This document shows, in pieces, positions 11,509 to 22,238 of a DNA stretch of 64,000 nucleotides; the stretch's first letter is position 1, and every line of letters begins with the position of its first letter. A program made the position numbers and the translations under genes. The notes under the pieces were generated by a model. It did no database searches and was not told the origin of the DNA. It saw only the letters and a program-made list of their open reading frames with translations. The stretch is taken from the NCBI GenBank assembly GCA_965222225.1, contig CBDCTK010000002.1:5184001-5248000 (forward strand). The letters run 5' to 3'. Source of the DNA: Candidatus Poribacteria bacterium. GTDB lineage: Bacteria; Poribacteria; WGA-4E; JAJDTR01.

Positions 11509-12927
11509 CTAGAGGATTTCTACGTCGATCGCGTTTGGTGGTGTTGCGAGCCCTGTCGACATCCCCGCGACGATTACCGCGCGATCCCCACGCTCTGCAA
11601 TCCCGGAATTGAGAACGGCAGCCTTCGCGTTTTCAACCGACTGCTTAAGGCTTGCGGCCCGCTCAATTAAGGTGGGAAAGGTGCCCCAAGACAGCAACGC
11701 CCTACGAAGTGTTGTTTCGCTCCAACTAGACACGATTATGGATGCGAAGGGGCGGTATTTTGCCAGAAGTCGTGCATCCTGTTCAGATTGCGTGCAACAG
11801 ATGATAACCTTCGCACGAATGGCTAAAGCGATGTGGCACGCGGCATGAGCGATTGCACTTGGAATGGGTTTTTCTTCTTCGATTCCCTCTCGCTTCAGAC
11901 GTTCCGTGTAGTCGAGTCCGGCTTCGGTTGCCAAGGCTACGTCAGCCATCATCCGGGTTGCCTTCACGGGGTATTTCCCCACAGCGGTTTCCCCGGAAAG
12001 CATAATCGCATCCGTGCCATCAAAAATCGCATTCGCAACGTCGGTAACTTCCGCGCGCGTCGGGCGGGGGTTATTAATCATTGACTCAAGCATGTGCGTC
12101 GCCGTAATTACCGGCTTACCCAAACGATTTGAAGCACGGGTAATCTCCTTTTGCACGATGGGCACTTCTTGAAGCGGGATCTCCAAACCGAGGTCCCCTC
12201 TGGCAATCATGACGCCGTCTGCCGCTTTGATTATTTCATCAAGGTTGTCTAACGCCTCATGCTTTTCAAGTTTGGCGATAATCGGTATGTCGCCTCCGTT
12301 TTGCCGAATTATCTCCCGTAAGGCGTGCAACTCATCAGCCGAGCGGACAAAAGATTGCGCCATCCAATCGACACCGTGTTCAATCCCGAAGATGACATCT
12401 TTGATGTCTTTCGGTGTTGGAATCGCCTGCTTTAACACGACACTCGGCGCACTGATTCCTTTGTTTGAGCCGAGTTCCCCGCCTACAATGACCTCGCAGG
12501 TAGCATCCGTCTCCGTCGTCGAGGAAACCGCGAGCTCGATTTCCCCGTCAGCCAATAAAATGCTATCGCCGGGCTTCACATCTTGCACCAGTTCTGGACA
12601 CGTTATTGAGACCCCTTCCTCGTCCCCCACTTTTGGTCGCGTCGTGAGAGTAAATTGTGAACCTTGGGATAATTCAACCGGCGGGTTCGCGAATGTGCCT
12701 ATTCGTAACTTTGGTCCCGACAAATCTTGCAGAATCGGCAAAGGCATCTTCCGCTGTTGGGACACTTGGCGCATCCGAGCAATCAGTTGAGCGTGGTCTT
12801 CATGCGATCCGTGGGAAAAACTAAGCCGAGCGATATCCATACCCGAGTCGATTAGGGCGTGTATCTTTTTGGTCGAGTTGCTAGCCGAACCAAGCGTGCA
12901 AACAATTTTTGTGCGTTTTCGTTTCAT
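11509..12927 (-). CDS. pyk: Pyruvate kinase
   Basis: RTKIVCTLG, DLSGPKLR, IIAKLE, DGVMIARGDLG, PTRAEVTDVANA, MLSGETAVGKYP. Confidence 0.95.
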   Translation of the reverse strand: MKRKRTKIVCTLGSASNSTKKIHALIDSGMDIARLSFSHGSHEDHAQLIARMRQVSQQRKMPLPILQDLSGPKLRIGTFANPPVELSQGSQFTLTTRPKVGDEEGVSITCPELVQDVKPGDSILLADGEIELAVSSTTETDATCEVIVGGELGSNKGISAPSVVLKQAIPTPKDIKDVIFGIEHGVDWMAQSFVRSADELHALREIIRQNGGDIPIIAKLEKHEALDNLDEIIKAADGVMIARGDLGLEIPLQEVPIVQKEITRASNRLGKPVITATHMLESMINNPRPTRAEVTDVANAIFDGTDAIMLSGETAVGKYPVKATRMMADVALATEAGLDYTERLKREGIEEEKPIPSAIAHAACHIALAIRAKVIICCTQSEQDARLLAKYRPFASIIVSSWSETTLRRALLSWGTFPTLIERAASLKQSVENAKAAVLNSGIAERGDRAVIVAGMSTGLATPPNAIDVEIL

Positions 12928-13063
12928 CGTCTATCACATGCCTTTGCACATATCCTTGCGTTTCAAATGTCCGTGCGCAAGTATGAAATTGCATAGCGTT
13001 AATATTCCAAAACCGGATTATACAACAATTTGCCTTGGATTGAAAGAACAAATCATAGTGTGC

Positions 13064-13444
13064 GTAGGTTGGGTTGAACGGAAATCCATAAGAAGTCGCA
13101 GGCAGGAGAAGGCATTCCGAAGAATTATTTCCCCCTGAAATCACTGAAACTCAAGTGAAACCCAACACCTCATCGCACATGCTGTGCCTGTAGGGGCTAT
13201 CGACAATCATCAAATCGTCGATAGCCCCTCTTACCAGCCTTCTTGCCGAGCTGTAGGAGCGATCTCCGAATCGCGACGAAACCGATCAACCGAGTGAATA
13301 ACGAGGGCGATAGAAATCCCTTTTTTCTTCAAAACTCGGTTTCTCCTTCTGCGTAGAGAATAACGATCAAGCGAGCGAATAGGGAGCGATCAAAAGAGCG
13401 AACAGCGACTGCGATAGAGTTCCCATAGAGATCCCCGCTATTCC
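13064..13444. repeat. Dense REP / 36-nt element cluster
   Basis: REPs at 13064, 13189 (hairpin) and 13253; 36-nt insert 13285-13320; nested copies 13365-13436. Confidence 0.8.
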
Positions 13445-13645
13445 TCACTTAAACCCCACTCGGTTGAGCAGAATCACGACGATTAGGATGAAGATGACGT
13501 TGAAGAAGGGAAATATGATGGTGGGAACTACCTGATACTCGTAGTCTTGGCGGGATATGACTAACCAGTAACAGTTGATTGGGATGAGGAACAACCCCAA
13601 CACAATGATCCGGAATGAAACCGCGTATGGCTGCTTTCGATTCAA
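13445..13645 (-). pseudogene. N-terminal remnant of a DUF6785-like membrane protein
   Basis: FRIIVLGLFLIPINCYW...PTIIFPFFNVIF resembles the family N-terminus; truncated at the repeat cluster. Confidence 0.55.
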
Positions 13646-13732
13646 TACAATTTGCTTAGTTCTCTAAGACTGACCGTCCTGAATTACATTGACAGTTTTA
13701 TTACGCATTACCCATTACGTATTATTTCTTAC

Positions 13733-14783
13733 TCATAGCGAATCCGCTCCGTCCGTCAGCCACTCCAAGTCGAAACGCGCAAACGAGATGTCCCCGCTGT
13801 AGGTGCTAATCCCTTTGCCATCCCTGTTTCCTTTTTCATAGAGACAACAAATGCTGCCATCCGGCGCGATGCAAAGATCGGAGTACGATGAAGGTCCCTC
13901 GCAAATGACCTTCGATACCGGCCAGGTTCGGCATTCATCGTAGCTTAGGCGTATCGTAAGATGGTTCCTATCATGCTGTTGTGCGCTCCCCGGATTCGTG
14001 AAGAGCACGCGGTTTTTCTCTTGTCCCGGAGGTCCATCTTCCGCGAGCGTATACCGGCAAACGTTCGCTTGACATCTGGGTTCCGGAAGACCGGCGTCAC
14101 TGAGACTGGGCGAAAAACTCTCGCCGCCGTCCTTACTCCAAGCCACTCGGCGGTGATAAGTCATGTTCTCCCTAGAACAGTATTGGTTGCGCGAATTGAT
14201 ATAGAGCCATCCATCGGCGGTTTCCAATACCGTTGACTCGTTGGTATGCCTGTCGGCACTTCCGCCCAACTCCCAGCTTGCGCCGTGGTCGTCACTGTAG
14301 ATGATGTGCGAGTTGTCATAGTCATCTTCATCTTCCACATTCTGTTTCATCTCCCTGTGATTGGCGGGGATCACTATGCGCCCGCTTCGCATTTGAATGC
14401 CGTGGCAGGGTCCTGTGGCATACCATGTCGCCCAGTGGGGAGGCCTTACCGAAGCGGTGATTTCCTCGGGTTCATTCCAAGTTTCTCCGTCATCGTTGCT
14501 GCTTGTCACCCAGACGCTGCGTGGAACTTCGAGCGTAGAGATTTTCTCGGTTCGGTTTCTGCAGAACAAGAGCCATATCGTGCCGGTGGTTCTATCCTGC
14601 ACCAGAGCCGGATTGCCGGAGACCCAGCCGTCCTTGGTAGTAACAACCTGCACATCCTCTAAATTTTCTAGCCTCATTGAAGGCTAGAATCGTTCCATTC
14701 GCTGTGGTGAGCAGTGCTGGAATCCTGCACTCATGGTATCCAAAGTCCCCGGCTTCATACAGATTATATTCCTGAAAAAACAT
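13733..14783 (-). pseudogene. Exo-alpha-sialidase (GH33, BNR repeats) with internal deletion and frameshift
   Basis: CRIPALL (RIP motif) in the 14783 ORF; Asp boxes SNDDGETW, SDDHGASW, SKDGGESF, SYDECRTW in the 14677 ORF; first Asp box missing at about 14660. Confidence 0.8.
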
Positions 14784-15172
14784 ACTCCCCCTCGGTTTTG
14801 TACTATTAGATTTTACGAACCGCGGTTTGGCCTTAGCCCGTAGGTTGGGTTGAACACAATGGAACTCAACTATTTACCTGCCTGATTTCCACTTTTCTCT
14901 TAGATGGAATCTTTAAGGAGCATTAGGACACCGATGAGGTGTTTTTAATTTTCCACACGTCCGCCCCGGAGGGGCGAAATGTCTGTAGAGTAGGATATGT
15001 CCAAACTGCTGCGCTCCAGCGGAGCGCAATCGACTCGCGAAATTCTGTATGAATCTGGTTTACCCACGATGCGGACAATTCAATCCGCGCAATCCCCTAA
15101 TCCTCTCAATCCGCGATTCAGACAATTGCAAGAAACCCCTTCGCAAATGACCGACTATGTCTTTACCGCCCA

Positions 15173-16015
15173 TTATTCAGACAGGTTCTTAACTTCGCCC
15201 CACGTCAGAGCCAATTTCCCGTATGAGTCTACTGCAAACGAGGTCATGTTCGCCGAAACCTCCTCTTGGGTCAGTGCTCTATTCCAAAACCGCACCTCAT
15301 CAAATTTCACGGGATAAAAAACATCCAGATGATTTGCCAGCCAGATCTTCGTCCGAGCTTTATCGTCGCCCGGTTTGCTGTTGAGCGACCTCGTGAGATC
15401 TTCCGCCTCTCCCGCCAAGTTGCCGTCAATATATAATCGGAGTTGCTTGTTGTCCTCGTCACGTACGGCGGCGATGTGGTGCCACACCCCATCGTTAATC
15501 TTCGGTCTCTCTGCTATCGCGCCATCCTTGCCATCGTTGACAAATCCATTCACATTCACTACAAAGAATCGAAGCAGATCCTCATTCAACAAGAGAATCG
15601 TCCAGTGCCCCTGAAAGTGGGTTTTGGGACCAAACCCTCCGATGATACCAAGCCCGACAAACCGATCTACGGGCGGGGGGATGCCCTGCGCCCGAGTTTG
15701 GATCCATAACTCGGCAGTGAAGGAGTTCCTCTCCGCCTCAATCATTTCATCAGTCAGCTCGATTTCCACAAAGCCACTTGTGCCATTGAGTTCCAGAGCC
15801 CTCGCGTGGACACCTGACGGAATCACTTTTGTGCCGCCGACGAGTTTTCCGCCTTTCGTTTTGCCCGTTACATCCGTCGTGACCCTGCCGGTGTCATTGT
15901 CAAAAGTGAGGTAAAGTAGAAGACTGTCATCAATGCCTTCCACAGGCAAAACGACTGCTATCAGAAGCATGAGAGTCGTCATCCCGACAGATAGACTCTG
16001 CGTTGCTGTTATCAT
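15173..16015 (-). CDS. Secreted LamG-like jellyroll protein
   Basis: Signal peptide; FTAELW, WHHIAAV, LYIDG, DEVRFWNRAL; tail FAVDSYGKLALTWGEVK. Confidence 0.85.
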   Translation of the reverse strand: MITATQSLSVGMTTLMLLIAVVLPVEGIDDSLLLYLTFDNDTGRVTTDVTGKTKGGKLVGGTKVIPSGVHARALELNGTSGFVEIELTDEMIEAERNSFTAELWIQTRAQGIPPPVDRFVGLGIIGGFGPKTHFQGHWTILLLNEDLLRFFVVNVNGFVNDGKDGAIAERPKINDGVWHHIAAVRDEDNKQLRLYIDGNLAGEAEDLTRSLNSKPGDDKARTKIWLANHLDVFYPVKFDEVRFWNRALTQEEVSANMTSFAVDSYGKLALTWGEVKNLSE

Positions 16016-16133
16016 TTGTCCCCCTTATTCCTTTGTATTCCTCCCCACATCGGGGGTAACCTCTCCAAACAGGTTTACCAAGAACCAATTTATAGTTGCC
16101 ACAATCTCGTCGGCGCTCAATTTGCACTAGTCA

Positions 16134-16986
16134 TTAACCACGGTCTTTATGACGCGCCTTAATCTCGCCCCACATCAGGGGCAGCTTATCCAAAGCGCTG
16201 ACCGAAAACCACGTCATGTTTTTTAAAATCTCATCGGCGCTCAGGGCTTTATTCCAGAACCGCACTTCATCAAATTTCACGGACCAAAATACTTCAAGAT
16301 GATTCCCCAACCAGATTTTCCTTCGAGCCTTGGGGTCATCTGATTTGCTGTTGAGCGCTCTCGTAATATCCTGCGCTTCTCCCGCCAAGGCGCCATCTAT
16401 ATAAACTCGGAGTTGCTTGTTGTCCTCGTCGCGGACAGCAACCACATGGTGCCAGGCACCATCGTTGACCACCGGCCTATCTATTAACACGCCATCCTTG
16501 CCGTCATTGGAATGTTGACTGGCATTGACTACATTGAATTGCAGGATATCGTTCTCTAACATAAACAGCGTCCAGTGTCCCTGAAAGTGGTCTTTGGGCC
16601 CAAATCCTCCGAAGATACCAAGCCCGATAAACCATTGCCCAGCCTCCGGAATGCCCTGTGCACGAGTTTGCATCCATAGCTCGGCGGTAAAGGAGTCTCT
16701 CTCCGCCTCAATCATCTCAGGGCTCAGTTCAATCTCCACATAGCCGTTTACTCCGTTGAGTTCCAGTGCCCTGGAACGAACGCCGGATGTGATAGTTTTT
16801 GTGCCCCCGACAAGTTTTCCGCCTTTTGTCTTTCCCGTTGTATCCTTTGCAATCCTGCCCGTGTCGCTGTCAAAGGTAAGGTAAAGTAACAAACTTTCAT
16901 CGAGCGCATGCGTGGGCAAAGCCGTCGCAACCAGTAACAAGCCGACTGTCAGTCCGATTAGCCAATTCGTCTCCTTATCTTGTCAT
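16134..16986 (-). CDS. LamG-like protein, tandem paralogue of the 15173 gene; start region appears frameshifted
   Basis: Long stretches shared with the neighbour; ATG at 16986 reads ATG ACA AGA TAA, out of frame with the signal peptide NWLIGLTVGLLLVA. Confidence 0.7.
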
Positions 16987-17077
16987 CTTACGCACTTTTC
17001 CCTTTTAAATTTTGAACGCGATTCCCTCACCCCAACATCTACTGCGGATCCAAAAGCTAAGGCAAGACGACAATCTC

Positions 17078-17932
17078 TTAATACGTCTTCTTCAACCTTC
17101 CCCAAGTTGTCGTCAACTTGTCGGTAGGATCGACAGCTTGGGAGGCACGCGGATGCCTGAAATTTTCGAGAACCTCGTTCTCGTCCAACTCCCTGTCATA
17201 CATTCTGATAAGACTAATCGAGCCATTAAGGACACGATTATCGGGATCGGCGACATCCGATCTGAAAGCCGTGATACGCTTCACCTCTGACTTATCGTCG
17301 TAACTTTGATTAGTGGGATCTTCGCTGAGAAACTTGCCATCAATATAGGATTGCAATGAGCGGGAACGACTGTCGAAAGTAAATACAACATGACGCCATC
17401 TCTTTGCTCCGATGTCGAGACCGTTAGGTGCGATATGATCGGTACCATTCGCACCACCGCCTTTTTCGGTGATGAGCGTCGCGCGGATGTGACCGGTCTC
17501 GGCGCCGTCGAATCGGAGGAGAATACTTTGTTTGAAGGGCCAGGGACGATCCGCCATACCGAAGATTTGATGTTCCCCGCCGCCAACCGCTGGCCCCTTG
17601 CGCTTCACCCAAATCTCTATAGTCCAGTCTTCAAAGAAGAGAGATATTCCGGCTTGGCCGTAGGATTGTCCCGCTTTATCGGCAGTGTAAGCAGGTCCGC
17701 CATTTGGCCCCGCATTTTGTTCCAATTTTGCTCCCCCTCCGCGACTGGGCAACTGACCGCCTGCCGTACCCAGATTGGTCCAAGCATTTGGGTGTGCCAG
17801 ATTGTCGGCGGCATCAAGATAAAGGATGGGTTTGGGGACATAACCTGCCGCCATCGGGACTGCCATTGCCAACAGAACACCCATGCCGAGAAAGTGTGCT
17901 ATCTTCATGTGTTTCATATTAATTCGCCGCAT
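17078..17932 (-). CDS. Secreted LamG-like protein
   Basis: Signal peptide, WTIEIWVK, WRHVVFTF, IRMYDREL; tail AVDPTDKLTTTWGRLK; start uncertain. Confidence 0.82.
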   Translation of the reverse strand: MRRINMKHMKIAHFLGMGVLLAMAVPMAAGYVPKPILYLDAADNLAHPNAWTNLGTAGGQLPSRGGGAKLEQNAGPNGGPAYTADKAGQSYGQAGISLFFEDWTIEIWVKRKGPAVGGGEHQIFGMADRPWPFKQSILLRFDGAETGHIRATLITEKGGGANGTDHIAPNGLDIGAKRWRHVVFTFDSRSRSLQSYIDGKFLSEDPTNQSYDDKSEVKRITAFRSDVADPDNRVLNGSISLIRMYDRELDENEVLENFRHPRASQAVDPTDKLTTTWGRLKKTY

Positions 17933-18100
17933 TCTCCTGCCTTTCAATAATGCGACTTACCTGTTAGATTTGTCGCAGCGAATTTCACTGCGCGTCTTCT
18001 GTAGAAACAATCTAGAGATCCCTCCTCAAACCCCGAAAAATGACTATAGTCATCTGTCATTAAAAAAAAGCTTCAAAAAAGCAAAGCATTTTCACATATA

Positions 18101-18147
18101 AAAAACCCAAGTTTCGAAGCAGCGTCGCCGCAGTCGAAACTTGGGTT
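18101..18147 (-). terminator. Intrinsic terminator
   Basis: AAAAACCCAAGTTTCGA...TCGAAACTTGGGTT. Confidence 0.65.
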
Positions 18148-18182
18148 AAAGAACGTGAGTCCTAGCCTAACCGAAACCTGGA

Positions 18183-19028
18183 TTAATAACTTCCCGCTTT
18201 TACACGGCTCCAAGTTGTGGCAAGTTTGTCGCTCACCTCGACAGCCGTACCAAACTCACCAGTGTCAACCACTCTGTCCCACATTGTGACACTAGCGATT
18301 GAACCGCCAAAGCCGCGGCAAGGATTGTCCCCCGGAATCAGGAAAATTCCAATCACATCAAACGGGATTGTGTCGTCGAAGTCCTGGATAGTCTCGAACT
18401 CGCTGTGCTCCTCACCGTTGACGTACGTCTTCATTACGCCGTCATCATTGTTGAACGTAGTGGTTAGCACTGCCCACTCGCCGAACGGAAGCGTTGCGAC
18501 GGGGAAAAGATGTTGATTATTGTCTATACCACCAGATTTGGCTGCGGCGAGCGTGATTCGCAGGTCCGACGCCGAGAAATCCGGAGGATCGCCAAGCTCG
18601 AAGCGATACCCAATCCACTGACCGAAGGGCCAACCCTGATCGACCATACCGATCAAGTGATGTTCTCCGCCGCCCTCATTGACATCAACTGCGGGTCCGT
18701 TCTGTTTCGCGACAACTTGGAGTGTCCAACTTGCGACCAAAAGTTCAGGCCTGCCGTCCAATTCGTCGTCCGCGGTAGAGAAGCTGTGGCCGCATTCGGT
18801 TGAAGTATAAGCTGCGGTGCCGCCTGGTCCCGCATTTCTCTCCCAATCCGGTCTTCCATCGCCGGTTGGCACCACACCACCGGCGCTGCCGGTGTTCGTC
18901 CAGCCATCCTTGGAATCGTCATCTTGGTTGGCGTCTAAATCAAGTATGGGTGGTTGAGCTAGCGCGATGGGGCTAACTACCGCAAGAAGAAATCCCACGG
19001 TAAGGATTGTTGCAATTCTTGTAAACAT
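18183..19028 (-). CDS. Secreted acidic LamG-like protein
   Basis: Signal peptide; homologous to the 17078 gene (NAGPGG, GGGEH, GWPF); tail AVEVSDKLATTWSRVK. Confidence 0.8.
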   Translation of the reverse strand: MFTRIATILTVGFLLAVVSPIALAQPPILDLDANQDDDSKDGWTNTGSAGGVVPTGDGRPDWERNAGPGGTAAYTSTECGHSFSTADDELDGRPELLVASWTLQVVAKQNGPAVDVNEGGGEHHLIGMVDQGWPFGQWIGYRFELGDPPDFSASDLRITLAAAKSGGIDNNQHLFPVATLPFGEWAVLTTTFNNDDGVMKTYVNGEEHSEFETIQDFDDTIPFDVIGIFLIPGDNPCRGFGGSIASVTMWDRVVDTGEFGTAVEVSDKLATTWSRVKAGSY

Positions 19029-19449
19029 TTTTTATAGTTATCCTTTCCTAAAGAGTTTTAACGAGTTTCCACCCATCTTAATGGGGAAATTTGAACACCT
19101 GTAACTTTCAGAAACGTTAACTACTCACAAATGTTTGAGTATATATTACGTTGATAAAGTAAGTCAAGAGAAAAAAGTCCACCGAACCTGATTCCAGAAA
19201 CTCGAAAATCATCAAATCCTCAATTTCCCCTTGTCTTCAAATGTGTACGGCGCTTTAGGACTTACGACCTTTTGACTGTAGGGAATGCAGAACTGCGTTC
19301 TCTACTCGCCTTTCATCATTGCCCGTGCTGGTCACTTTTTAACCGGTCTCTCCACTTCTTTTTTCATTGCACCTCCGTTACAGCTCAAAGTAGACGACAC
19401 TTCGGCAACCAAGAACCAAATGATTCTCCTCAGAAAAAGCCATCACCTC

Positions 19450-19478
19450 TTGATTTTTAACACTTAGTCCCCTATAAT
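19450..19478 (+). promoter_or_regulatory. Putative sigma70 promoter
   Basis: TTGATT-17-TATAAT. Confidence 0.55.
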
Positions 19479-19543
19479 AAACAACGACATAGTTATCCAT
19501 GACAATTTGGTACTGTTAATCTTAAATACTTGGGAGAAAACAT

Positions 19544-20674
19544 ATGACCACAACCTATCGCGCTGGCGCCATTGGTAGGACAGGCGGAGGCGATTTTGGT
19601 CACGGCTTGGACGTAGCCTACGAGGGAATCCCGAATGTAAAATTTATAGCTGTAGCGGATCCTGATCCGAACGGTCGTCAGACAGCTGTTGAGCGAACAG
19701 GCGCTGAGCAATCATACGCTGATTACAGAGAAATGCTAGAGAAGGCGAATCTGGATGTGGTCAGCGTTTGCCCGCGCTGGATCGACTGCCACGCAGAAAT
19801 GGTGATCGCCTGCGCCGAAGCCGGAGTAAAAGGCATTTTCTGTGAAAAACCATTGGCGCGAACATTGGTTGAAGCCGACGCGATGGTTGATGCGTGCGAG
19901 CGCAATCGAGTAAAGATGGCGGTGGCGCATCGGCGAGCAAGCGGCTATGAGCAGCACGCCAAGAAGCTGGTTGATGCCGGCGAAATCGGCGAAATCCGCG
20001 TGATGCGCGGGCACGGCAAGGACGATCGCCGCGCGGGCGCTATGGATTTGATGGTCTTGGGAACGCATATCCTGGATAGCATGCGTTTTTTCGCGGGTTC
20101 TGAGGTTGCTTGGGCGCATGGGCACGTCACCCAAAACGGAAAGGAGATAAGCCTTGGAGATGTCCGAGAGGGTGATGAGCAAGTTGGTCTCCTCGCTGGA
20201 AATGGCGCATCGGGGTATTACGTTTTCAAAAACGGAATACGAGCATCCTATGAATCTCACGTCGGCATATCACCCGGGCGTGTAGACGCGGCGCGTTGGT
20301 TCGGGTTTGAGGTGTATGGCAGTGAGGGAATTATCTCACTCCGAAACTCTCCCAAAGGAGAGATGTACATCTATCCCTACGGCACTTGGATTCCGGGCGA
20401 AGAAAACGGTAAATGGGAACGTGTCCTCCTTGAGGAATGGGAAAATGCACCGGAGGGCGATACGCAGCGCAGCAACCGGATGATTGTCGAAGAGCTCATC
20501 CAAGCCATAGAAGAGGATGGCGAAGTACGCAATTGTTCGAGTGGACGCGCCGCGCGCGCCGCCCTTGAGATGATTATGGCTGTTCACGAATCTCAGCGGT
20601 TGGGGACGCGCGTGTCTTTTCCGCTTGAAAACCGCGAGAATCCGTATGAAGTTTGGCGGAGAGAAGCGAAATAA
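19544..20674 (+). CDS. Gfo/Idh/MocA oxidoreductase
   Basis: YADYREML, IFCEKP, GTHILD. Confidence 0.9.
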   Translation: MTTTYRAGAIGRTGGGDFGHGLDVAYEGIPNVKFIAVADPDPNGRQTAVERTGAEQSYADYREMLEKANLDVVSVCPRWIDCHAEMVIACAEAGVKGIFCEKPLARTLVEADAMVDACERNRVKMAVAHRRASGYEQHAKKLVDAGEIGEIRVMRGHGKDDRRAGAMDLMVLGTHILDSMRFFAGSEVAWAHGHVTQNGKEISLGDVREGDEQVGLLAGNGASGYYVFKNGIRASYESHVGISPGRVDAARWFGFEVYGSEGIISLRNSPKGEMYIYPYGTWIPGEENGKWERVLLEEWENAPEGDTQRSNRMIVEELIQAIEEDGEVRNCSSGRAARAALEMIMAVHESQRLGTRVSFPLENRENPYEVWRREAK

Positions 20675-20913
20675 ATCGAGATTTGCGATCGGCGCACCTA
20701 CAATGAGTGTGTCAAGCGTGGCGAAATCTCACTGAACCGTTCAGGGGGTTTTCAGACTTTTGAGATAATAATTAGGATTTACGCAAGTTACCCTGATTCA
20801 TGCGCATTGGAACAAGCCCTATTCAAGACTGTTGCACACACTCTTGAAATGAACCGAGCTTCCCTTCGCGCGTGAATGGGGTTGTAGATATACCATTTTA
20901 TGGAGGAAGATTT

Positions 20914-21936
20914 ATGGCATTCTATCGTGCGGCTGTAATCGGATGCGGCCGGATTGGCAGTACTATCGACGACGAGCAGCGCGATCGTCCGCAATTTCGC
21001 TACCCATGGGCACACGCACCGGCATACGTGGAAGCGAAGGGCGTGGACTTGATAGCTGGCGCCGACCTTTCGAAAGACCAGCTTGAGGATTTCAAGCGTC
21101 GTTGGAACGTCACCGCGCTCTACACCGACTATAAGGAGATGCTCGTTAAGGAAAAGCCGGATATCATCAGTGTCACAACCAAGACTACGGAGCGGGCGGA
21201 GGTAGTCATCACGGCTGCTGAAGCGGGGGTCAAAGCAATCTATGCGACCAAACCGATGTGCCAAACGCTGGCAGAGGCGGATGCAATGATTGAGGCATGT
21301 CGAAGACACGGCGTCATTCTTGCCATGGCGTGCCACAAGAACTGGAGCCCATGGTTACAGGCGTGCCTGCGGTGCATCAGGAAGGGAGACATCGGAGAGT
21401 TCTCCTCCATGGTTGCCAACTACAGTTGGAGTTTTAACGGCGGACATAGTCACACACTTGCGCTATTCCGCCAGTTTGCAGACGCGCCGGCAAAATGGGT
21501 GTTCGGTCACATGGACAGCGATGAAGCAGCCGCGGGAGAGAAAGACTTGCGAGGAACGGGCATGATCCTCTACGAGAATGGAATTCGGGGATTCCTGAAC
21601 ACCGGTGGCTGGTTAAACATTGACTTTATAGGGCGTGATGGGTGGTTCAGTTGCAGGAACGAACACGCCGATTTTGAGATGTGGGGCCGCCACCCGGACA
21701 CACGCGAACCCATCCGCCGTCAGTTTCCAAATCCGAAACGCCCCAGGAGTTCTCAACAAGCCGCTGTCGAAGGAATCGTCAAGAATCTCGACGAAGGTAC
21801 AGAGCCGCTCTGCCCGGGGGAATTCGGACGCGAAGCCCTCGAAATCGCAGTCGCGTTGCGGGAATCGCACCGGCGCGGTGGAGAGAAGATTGAACTTCCC
21901 GTGGCTGATCGGAGTCTGGGTTTCCAAAATCATTGA
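20914..21936 (+). CDS. Gfo/Idh/MocA oxidoreductase
   Basis: VIGCGRIG, YTDYKEML, ATKP; GGAGG RBS. Confidence 0.88.
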   Translation: MAFYRAAVIGCGRIGSTIDDEQRDRPQFRYPWAHAPAYVEAKGVDLIAGADLSKDQLEDFKRRWNVTALYTDYKEMLVKEKPDIISVTTKTTERAEVVITAAEAGVKAIYATKPMCQTLAEADAMIEACRRHGVILAMACHKNWSPWLQACLRCIRKGDIGEFSSMVANYSWSFNGGHSHTLALFRQFADAPAKWVFGHMDSDEAAAGEKDLRGTGMILYENGIRGFLNTGGWLNIDFIGRDGWFSCRNEHADFEMWGRHPDTREPIRRQFPNPKRPRSSQQAAVEGIVKNLDEGTEPLCPGEFGREALEIAVALRESHRRGGEKIELPVADRSLGFQNH

Positions 21937-21937
21937 C

Positions 21938-22105
21938 AATCAAGCGAGCGAATAGGATCAACTGAGCGGATAGATCAAGGGACTGAATAAGGAGTGCGAT
22001 AGAGATCCCGCCAGTATATTTGTAGGGTGCGCACCGCGCACCAGCCTTTGATAGTGCTCATCCTCAAATTACGGGGAATGGCACCTGTTATTCAGACAGG
22101 CTCCG
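21938..22105. repeat. Nested 36-nt elements, REP and orphan IS5-type end
   Basis: Copies at 21938, 21956, 21973; REP at 22022; TTCAGACAGGCTC near 22091. Confidence 0.7.
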
Positions 22106-22238
22106 GAACTACGCGAAGCAAACACAGGTAGCTCGCCAAGACGGTGCTTCGCCCCCTTGGTACGCTACTTTGGAGGCATGACCCCACAGGATTTTCGACA
22201 CATTTGTAGTACGAATACAAAATCTAACGAGGTGAAAC

